A stretch of DNA of 64,000 bases from Zygnema circumcarinatum SAG 698-1b (taxonomy: Eukaryota > Plantae > Zygnematophyceae), in assembly GCA_037447605.1 (NCBI GenBank), contig CM074811.1, forward strand, positions 1,240,001-1,304,000, written 5' to 3'. The notes below the pieces were generated by a model. It saw only the letters and a program-made list of their open reading frames with translations. It had not been told where the DNA came from and searched no databases. Position numbers and translations under genes: made by a program. Positions 55,066-64,000 of this stretch are shown in pieces (position 1 is the first letter of the stretch; every line of letters begins with the position of its first letter).

Positions 55066-57438
55066 CTACAGGCCTAAAGGTGCCGGTTGGAAGTAGGTAA
55101 AGAAGTAGAGCTTCAAGACAAGGCCCAGCAGCAGCTGCAGGCCCACCGCCCCCAAAGCGACCACCAGCCACGAGTCCTGAGCTGCAGAAATCTGCGTCTT
55201 CAAATTGGTGAAGAGGAAAGCGGCTGACAGAACAGTGGCCAGAGCCACCACAATCCACCTCACAATTTCAAGGGGAATGACTGAGAGGAACTGCAAAAGA
55301 GAGCACAAATAATGGGACAATTATCAGAAACTGCATAGAGGGAGCGGGGCTCAATAGACGTCCAGGTAAGTTGAACCAAGGCCCGATTGATTGTGTGATT
55401 GAAGCAAATGGACGCATGATCTTCGATGAAAAATGAGGGTTTAAAGGTTGGGCTTAGGTAACATAGTAGAAGATTTTGTACTAATCAAGTGACACGCTGG
55501 TACGTATGAACATTCCGTGTGAATACTACTATGGTCGGACGTTTTGGTTCATAAGATCCTCAAATTTATCAGTTCAAACCTGCCAATCCCTATCTAAATA
55601 GCAAGTTATCAGGGATGTCTACTTACAGAAGTCGGGATGAACACAAAAAGCGAGTATCCATAAAGGCACCATAATTGCACGAGGCCTGATGGCACCTGCA
55701 TGTATTTTAAAAGGAAATATAGGCCGAGCGGAATAAAGGCTGCATAACCGTAGAAGATTGCTGCAGCCCAAGAAACCTTATTGATATCATAGTCCCACTT
55801 CACAGTGGCGGACGCATCACTCGTAGCATGGCTCAAGTATGCAGAAAGATTCCCGAGCGCGCCAGTCACAAAAATCAAGGTCGTGCAGATCCAAAAAGGT
55901 CCATACCTGCGAGATCAGTTTCAACATTTCCGATCAAAGCAAGAATACTGAAAGTATAGCTGATTTATTCGCAGTGCTTGGACATTAAAACTATATGATC
56001 GAACTGAAACAAGTCTTGCAGCTATGGGAGAAATAGGCAGCATCTCTATCTGGAGAAATCTAGTGGTCGCAGATAGTATAGGTTGAAAACCAATGTGGTT
56101 GGGGGAGAAAATGCCCTGTACAAAGTTGAGATGCTTCAATCTAAAGTGCAAAGTGCAAATTCGCAATTTGAATGCAGAGGATGCGGCATTGATCTCACGA
56201 TGGCGATGCCATCAAATGTACATGGACAATAGCAGCATGGGGAACCACGAGGAACTGGTCGCAAAGGACCTAAGGACAAAAGAAAAAAGATAGGAGCGAA
56301 AAGCTATGCCTGGCTCAACACCGCAGCCCTAGAAGAATTCGCAATTTGATAGTTCGCTGAATTATCAAATTTACAGAGTGCCAAAGATAACAGTATACTA
56401 AACCTAAAAAATGAAAGGAATCTGGTACGTAATGCCATGAAATGACGGGGTGGTTTGATGGCGTGGAAGTAGAGGTGATAGTACTTGAAAAGAAAACCAA
56501 TACAAAAAGGTTTTTTTATATAGCCGCTTACATATCTGGGTTCAAACTTGTCTTCTCCAGAAAGTTTGATCTTGGAAAGGGTACCAAGGAATCTCGAATC
56601 CTCTCCAATACGTCGATGGTATCAACGTCAAAGTATGGTCGATAATAAGCGACAGTGAAAAATGCCCACCTGCTTGAGCTTGATTGCCCCCCTCCTATAC
56701 TACCCTGCCCTCCAGGCGTAGAGAAGGAGTCTGCAAGCAGCCCTCTCCGCACAATATTTCTCAGCACATGTTTCTAGCTTTCACTGCTGCACATTTTGTT
56801 GTGCCTAAATGGATGATCTTAACATTTTTTAAAATTGCAAAATAAGCTGCTGTAGCTGTTGAAGCCATTCGGGACAGACTCTGATCAATGCGGATCGTAG
56901 ATTCTAAAAGATGAATGACAAATGACGAACGTAAGAATAGATGCTTTCGCTTCCTCTTACCATCGACATTTCGCGGCGGAGCCGCAGATCCCGCCAGCCT
57001 GGTATTTGAGGATCCAGCATTTGCACCAGCAGCGTAAGTAGAATCTGCGAGTGTGAAAACAAAGAAAGGGAGCTTATCACCGCTACTATCTGCTTCACTC
57101 CACTTAGTTGCACTGCAAATTCAATATTTGAACCCTAAAGAGACCACTGGGCAGCAGAACAAGGACTCTACCAAAGATACAACGTGACTGAAACCCTAAT
57201 GCATCAGAAAAACAAGAGAGTCCGAACTCACCCTGGAACTGTAGCATGACATCAGGTCCTGCCGCAACCTGCACGGAGTTCCCATCCAGCAAGGAAGAAG
57301 GGAGTTTATGTGTGCGGAAATGGGAGAAACGGGACGGAAAAGGAGGTCGAGAAAGCGCAAAAAAGACGGATAAGTCTGCCCCGTCCTTACCGGAACACTG
57401 CCAGTGACTTTGTCGAAACCCTTGCCATCATCCGCCAT
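55066..57438 (-). CDS. Yip1-domain Golgi membrane protein (YIPF1/2-like)
   Basis: FFTVAYYRPYFDVDTIDVLERI, NPDM/YGPFWICTTLIFV, QLWCLYGYSLFVFIP, GLVLKLYFF. Confidence 0.9.
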
Positions 57439-57659
57439 GGCAGCCAAGTGTGCGAAGGAAGAGGAAGGAGAGAGATCAGGGAGGGAGAGAGAGAGAGAGG
57501 GCGGGAGAGGGGTCCGAGAACAGCGCAACTGCCAGAGGCGACCAGGGCCCTCATGGAACGCCTCTGAACGCTGGGTCGTTCACCCTAGAGCGTTTAACAG
57601 CGAGGCATTTCCATGTGGCCAGCCATCCCATGGAGCCGTTCAACTCTTCAGCTTCCCTG

Positions 57660-57772
57660 GACCGTTGGATCAACCGTTGGATTAACCGCTGGATCAACCG
57701 TCGGATCGGCCGTTGGACCAACCGTTGGAATTGTTGCGAACCGTCGATTCGCGACCCGGCCAACCATTGCGA
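57660..57772. repeat. 12-bp tandem array (CCGTTGGATCAA variants) plus unique tail; repeated at 58553-58688
   Basis: Both loci end in GGAATTGTTGCGAACCGTCGATTCGCG(A/G)CCCGGCCAACCATTGCGA. Confidence 0.85.
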
Positions 57773-58552
57773 ATGTCCCAACCATTGCCTTTCTGCAGCT
57801 CTCTTCATTTCCTGCCTCCTTTTCTCCTTCCTTTTTTACTGCAAGTGGTACATGTTTGCCTTGTACGGGGAAGAGAGAGCGGGTCCCAAGGGGCTAGAGA
57901 AAGCATAACCTGCCAACTATGCTTTTGTCCGAGTACACTTGATGGCATCGCCATTGTGAGATCAATGCCAGATCACATTCTCTTCTTTTTTGTTTGCCCA
58001 TTAATAAGGAGGCATTGAAACAGAAAACAAGATTTGTGTGAGTGTTGTCCTTTGGTCTACTTTTCTTGTTACTGTATGATTAATTGCTTACTATTTTTAG
58101 ACTTCTAACTTTATTTTCTGCTTAGCTCCAATGTTCTTTATCGATGAGTTGTTTTTGCAGATTGAGCATTCTGATCGATTTTATGTTCCCTTTTTCATGT
58201 GACCTTTCTCGACCACCTTTCTTTGGCGCCCCCATTCTACTATCGTGCTATCATGACTAACGTCTGACCTCATAATTTGTGATAATATTAGACAAGTCGC
58301 ATGTAGGATAACAGTTAGATTTATGGAAATATTCTTCTTAGCGTTGCAAGCATGTGTTGTATTCGACTGATTGCATGCTGAAAGTTTACACCTTGAGTGA
58401 GAATCAGCTTTACATTGCATTTCGATTCGAGAGTTGCGACTTTGAAGCATAGAGTCACACGATGTTTAAATCATAAGAAACTTGTGTGAACTCCAAAATC
58501 GAAAGGCACTTCAAATGATGTAGCACGTGAAACACGTCCGGCTGTGGACAGA

Positions 58553-58688
58553 ACCGCTGGATCAACCGTTGGATCAACCGTTGGATCAACCGCTGGGTCA
58601 GCCGTTGGATCAACCGTTGGATCGACCGCTGGATCGGCCGTTGGAATTGTTGCGAACCGTCGATTCGCGGCCCGGCCAACCATTGCGA
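58553..58688. repeat. Second copy of the 12-bp array plus tail
   Basis: Direct repeat of 57660-57772. Confidence 0.85.
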
Positions 58689-58885
58689 GTGGTCTCACCT
58701 CCTATTGAACGAACACCGAAAAGTTGAAAACCAACCCAACCAACCACAGTGCCTACATACAAGCAGAGAAAGGGAGAAAAAGAAATAACTTGGAGTCCTT
58801 TGTTCTACACTTTTTCTCCCTTCAGAGATTTTATTTCGCTTGGTTCACGTGTGTTGAACCGAAAAAATAGTTCAATTTTTTTTTT

Positions 58886-61800
58886 TCAGCCATCCCCATC
58901 ATCGAGCAAAAACTCCTCGATCTCTGCCCTGCAAAGACGTAAACACAAGAGCTTAAGCAAGTAGCAAGCAAACCAATTAAGCTCACTCTAGACACAACAT
59001 CAACAGCAACCCTAACCCCCCCCCCCTCCTTCCCCCNNNNNNNNNNAGCAACCCTAACCCCCCCCCCCTCCTTCCCCCCCCCCCCTCCCCCCCTTCCCTT
59101 TCCGACAAATTCAGCGAATGTGGAGCTGAAAGATGGGCCATCGTACAAACCTCATTCGAAAAACGGTGCCCAAAGCAGGTCCCAATAACACCCCTGACTT
59201 ACCGCGCTCTTTGCCGCCTTTCTGCCACCGACCGAAGCCCTCTTGATCGGATAATTGGCGGCATCAATTCCAACACCCTACCTCCCCTCGTTGAGCTGCC
59301 TGCAATGTCCTCCGCAAGAATGCTGAACCTACAGCTTCTACAAGCGTTTCGATGTGGCGAACCGTTCTTCAACTCCGTAGGGAGAGAGAAGCCCACTTTG
59401 ATGCTCTCACCATTACCTCCCAAACCCTCATCGTTCACTGCGGGGAGATCCCTCAATGCAAGTGGGGCCCCACATATGAAGCACAACTCTAATGGGTCAC
59501 AAGACAATCCCTCTATCGATGTTGGGGTCGCTGTGATTTTCTCTGAACTGTCTGCCTGCAATGGCATGCTTGTGTTACGCAATGTGCTTTTCTGTTGGTG
59601 GGAGCCATCCTCAATGGGAGCACAGTTGAAAGCAAAGGGCTGCAGCTTGGCTGCTGTTCGCACGATGGTGTACTCCCGAGATGGGTTCTCCACCTGCATG
59701 ATCAACACTGCCGAATTGAGTTTTGCATACAGCTCCAATATAAAAGAGTGGAAAGGAGCAAAGGAAAAGGGGGAAAATGTCACCTGCACTCATTTGTTAT
59801 GTAAAAGACGAAAGCGCACCTGAAGAGCATTCACAAATTCGTTCGTCAAAGCACTGATGCTTTTGCGGGCCACTTGGAGGGTTCCCATTTGTCGTACAAA
59901 AACTGTTTCTAGCCTGCCGGACAATACATACGCAAAACAGATAAGCCGCTTGAGAACCAAGCTTTCTCCCCTAATTCTTTTATGCGGACTATTGTTTTGC
60001 CTGCAGTTCGACAATCTGACAGGACATGCTCTGCTGATCATTCTGTAGAAACATGCTGATGCAACAGTAGGGTAAGGATGTACAATCCAACCTGGAGAGA
60101 TGGCAGTGCAGGGCAAGCTCTCGAGCCACGCAATCCCTCAGTGGCAATACGACAGGAACTGACCATCGTGCATCATAAGGCTGAATATCTGCAGGGAGGG
60201 CAAATCCTCGGCCCTGTATACCGTATCGCCAATTTTAGTGTGTTGTCCAACAACACCGTCTTTTCAAAAGGCACAACATTACAGTTTGTGTCTGGAAGCA
60301 AAAGACCAGAATCACTGGTCTACAAGTCCAGCATAACTAAACTACTAAAAAAAAATATAATATTCGTCAGAAAGCTTGTCTCTTTCCAAAAGAGGTGGAC
60401 ATCAAAGACAAACAGAAAAACCACACCTTAGTTGTAGCTGCGATGACCCGAGCAGCTATCCTGGAAGTGCATGTCCCAAGCACCACCTTTGTGTACCGAT
60501 GCACTTGGGCTATCTGCAGCTCACAAGGATCCAAGCGTTCTCGCATTAAATTGACTTGTCAAAACTACCATAATGATGCGACTGCAATATCTTCTATCTC
60601 AGTAAAGACCGTAACTGAGTGCTAGCTACAATGATAAGCCCACTCTTCTCACCTGCTGGAGCACCTCCATGCGAAGGGACTCCACCAAGTCTTCCTTGCC
60701 AGTCTGATCTTTTATTCCATCCAACAAAGCAACTAACTTCCGAGCTCGCTCGAGTGGAATGTCTGTGTGAAGCCCTCTAATTTTGCCAACTGATCCATAG
60801 GACCGCTCTGGGTCCTCCAAATCTGGTGCACTGCTCGCGTCAAGAGCTTCCTTAGTCACTGATCTGCCTTCTCTCTCTATTAAGCATCCCCCTCCATTTA
60901 CGGCTGCAGACAATTCCACCCTATCCTCCATTTTCTGAGCTTCTAGAAAGCCATTAATAGCACCATCTCGGGACTCCCGTCTCTCCTCTGCACTTGTAAT
61001 GGCGGCTTCTTCAGAGTAACAAAATACGTCTTCCAAAGAAGCTACATGAAGACGGATGGGCTCTGCACCAGTTGGGTTTGCCCGACAAATTTTCCTGATT
61101 TCTTCTACCTTCTGTGCAGCCTCTTCAGCACTGACGCCAGTCGCTAATCTCTCTTCTACAAATGCAATGCCCAAGCTAAAAGCTATTCGTCCACGCTCAG
61201 CAGCAGCTTCTGCATCAGTCTTCGCAGCAGATTGAATCTCACGAAGAAACTCAAGTGCGACTCTGCAGTTAATAACCTCACAATGTTTAAATCAGTCAAT
61301 GCTTGTAGCCAAAGACCAAAAATATGAACCTCATTTCGAATTACTAAAGCTACCATTTTCTTCTGTGTGCCATGCTCCCAAACCCTACACAACTTTGCAG
61401 TTAACAGAGATAATGCCTTTTGTCTCGAATTTCTTGTCTAGATTCGAATTCGAAGTCCTTCATATGGGTTGAAAACTATTACTCAGAATTCTCTAAATTT
61501 AGCTTCTCCTCGTACGATATGGATTTCCTATCCCTTCCATAAAATGATCCTTACAACATAGAAATATTAATACCAGAACAAGATAGGCAATATGAGACCA
61601 TAGTATGTAGTAGACCGCTTTATGCATCCCACTTGTCTATGGATGGTTGCTTGCCTGGAGGAATGGCTGCCTGAAAAAGCCAATAAAACGCGGTCATGTC
61701 GAGTAATAAGGGAATGTTTGTTAATGGCTGATTTGAACTTGGCTAACAAAAGGTTATGCAGGCAGGATCTGCATACTGCTTCTCTTTGGTTAGCCATGGC

Positions 61801-62202
61801 TTCTGCAGCTGCTTCTTTGCACTTGATGCAGAGCTCCCGCTTACTTCCTCTCCTCGCCTTCGACATCCCGGCTTCTTGATAGATTTTCTGTTGACCAATT
61901 TCTTCAAGAGCGCAGCCATGTTCCCCCTCTACACTGTTGTCTGGATTGATAGTTTTGCCTCTCAGTCCTGCTCTTTTCTGATCATCTTTCTCCTCTTTTT
62001 CACAACCCTTGGCGCACAAATTGCAGGCAGCACCTTTACATGATTCCCTACGTTCAGGAAGTTCAGAAGACCGTGTGCATAATCCAGAGCAGGAATCTCC
62101 TGTCTTGCAGCCAGCGCATCCTTCCTGCGCATGCTTCTCCCCTACAATATACTCTTGCGCATCATCATCATCTTCCTGAAAGCAGCCAAAACCAGAGCTC
62201 AT
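58886..62202 (-). CDS. CTU2: Cytoplasmic tRNA 2-thiolation protein 2
   Basis: CIKC..CRSC..KFKSAINKHSLITRHDRVLLAFSGSHSSR/VALEFL, VVLGTCTSRIAA, GRGFALPADIQPYDARWSVPVVLPLRDC, NPSREYTIVRTAAKL, CFICGAPL, CRSCRF, EIEEFLLDD. Confidence 0.92.
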
Positions 62203-64000
62203 AGTCTTCAAATTTCCAGCTGCTGCACAGAGTTCAAAATGTTTCCAAATTCTCCTTACTCATCTCCGCAACCAGTACATAATTTCTATAACCAACTTTG
62301 AAAGCGCCCGCCCCAACACAGCAGCAAAGCTCAACAAGATAACCGCCCTCTGCCTTTCGAGATCAACATGAAATCCTTGTCTCGAAACATAAATACCAGC
62401 GTCCGCAACGTCCTTCTACGTGGTACATTTCCGTGCTATTCGCTTTCTACCGTCCTCAAGTCGCAGGCAGTGCAACCTGAACTAAAGCTCTTGTTCAGTC
62501 TTCTGACTGAGAACTTCCACCTCCCTCCCTCCCTCCCTCCCTCGCTCTCTCTCTCGCTCTGCTGCATGTGATAAGGCTTTAGAAAGTCCCCTCTTTCCTT
62601 CCTTCTGTGGGGCATTTCCTCTCCTGCCGGAGCTGGCGGTAGAGAGAGTCGTTTGGGAAGGTGCTGTTGAATTGGAAGACTGTGGACTCTGCCTACTGGC
62701 GCTCTGGCCTTTTCAAAGAACTAATGACGACTCCGCTCCACATGTCGTGCTATCGTGATTTCAAGTAATTTCTTTCTTCCTCTCTCAGTTTTACGGGATG
62801 ATGCCAGTGGACCACCGCATTGTGTCAAATGTGGTCATCAAAGAAGGACTAGCCTGATTGCAGACGCAATCTCAATTATGTGCCTGTGAGGTACGAGAAA
62901 GTATTTAGCGATTGAAAAGCATCACCTTCCAGACAAAGCACATCCTTTTGTTTTTTATGTGAGCTTTCGATAGGTAGAATTGCCAAGCCGACCGCATGAT
63001 GACCCGAATTCCACTTCCGAAAGAAAAAATTCGTATACTGGGCTGCGCGCTAGCTTTGTGCTTTGAATACACAACAATTCCCCAGACACATTGTGCGAGA
63101 CAAACAATCTGGTCTCTAGGTGGCCACCTTCTAGTGACTGGTTGGTTTCATTCTTCTTCATTCTGACATGCACTGTGCAATTGCTTACGCTACATTTCCG
63201 CTCCTTCTTTATCAAGGCAACGAGCGCGCTTTGATTGCAAAGGGCAGGGTTATCTGAAGATAGAGTCGCGATAAGGCAGGAGGCTTTCTTGCTATTTTCT
63301 CTGTTTTCCCATTGCCTCCAGTCGTCAAAAGCACTTGCTTATAGGAACAAACAGCCGGGAAATGATTTCATCAAATTATACCGGAAACTTTTGATCTTGC
63401 AATGTATGTGAATTTCGCCAAATCCATTTTGTCCATGTGAATCGTGTACACGATTTCTGTATTCAGTAAAACTGATCATGTGTAGGGGATCACGTTTACC
63501 CCTGAATGTGTAGGGCGTGGATTAAGAAACGGCGACGAGCTCTGTTAGTGACAGCGGGCGTTGTGGGGGTGGGTATCGGAACATATTATCTTGTAAAGAA
63601 CTATTCCGCGGCATTGGAGTATGAGAAAAAGCGGCAACAGCGACAAGTGGCGGATGAAAGAGCAGAAGCCCAGTGAGTTTTTCACCATTAGTGAGACAAC
63701 ACACATATCGCTAATGTTTGCCTGTACCTCAATGGAAATCCTTTTTGTAGTTATCATAGTTGTGGGATCCTCTGTGAAAGGGTGAAGATGATGTATCTCA
63801 AGCAGTTGCCCTTGCTCTATCTCTAATGACGCCCTGATAACCCTTAACGCACAGAGATGTGTTGAGGAGACAATATTTCTCCAACTATGGTTCATGCTGA
63901 GAAGACTTTTTATTGGCTGCTGGGGGTGGGATACGTAGACTGCAGAGCCATTTCGAAAGCGTGCAGAAGATTTCTGACTTGACTACCCTTCCTTCAGTGC

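Noticed and set aside
57660-58688. 12-bp arrays as a CRISPR locus
   Set aside because: There are no unique spacers, the units are too short, there are no cas genes, and the context is eukaryotic.
59005-59080. Short duplication AGCAACCCTAACCCCC.. either side of the N gap
   Set aside because: Typical scaffolding overlap at a 10-N gap, so probably an artefact.
59305-59823. 172-aa plus-strand ORF
   Set aside because: It is antisense to a CTU2 exon.
63545-63895. Minus-strand ORF containing LEIHHLHP, reminiscent of an HNH motif
   Set aside because: The remaining HNH residues and zinc ligands are not evident. The region 62300-64000 remains unassigned and may continue outside the window.

Overview
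Gene-dense, intron-rich eukaryotic nuclear DNA from a green plant. A streptophyte alga is the most likely source; this is an inference from the phi-class GST, the MUR3-like GT47 with many introns, the TTTAGGG-type repeats and the compact spacing. I reconstructed 14 protein-coding genes by joining exons at splice sites by hand: BAP31-like, ADA2, Ca-binding ATP-Mg/Pi carrier, FkbM methyltransferase, METTL4, GT47 exostosin, EEF1AKMT4-like, an unknown secreted protein, GSTF, F-box/kelch, bystin, plastid RPL34, SYP2 syntaxin and YIP1. CTU2 is a fifteenth. No tRNA, rRNA or CRISPR array was seen. The unexplained structure is more interesting than the gene list. (1) A frameshifted fragment of a bacterial-type phosphoglycerate mutase (gpmI) lies antisense inside bystin intron 1. 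(2) Two different long-TIR foldback transposons with 8-bp TSDs sit back to back, carry G-boxes, and lie directly upstream of the GST. (3) An intronless, Cys-containing secreted orphan gene has an ABRE-rich promoter. (4) An apparently perfect 1540-bp duplication covers three ADA2 exons. (5) A head-to-head telomere-like array lies in METTL4 intron 1, and a telomeric filler patch lies inside a diverged duplication. Three 10-N gaps sit in low-complexity DNA, so assembly artefacts must be considered for the perfect repeats. Exon boundaries are manual and unverified by transcripts.
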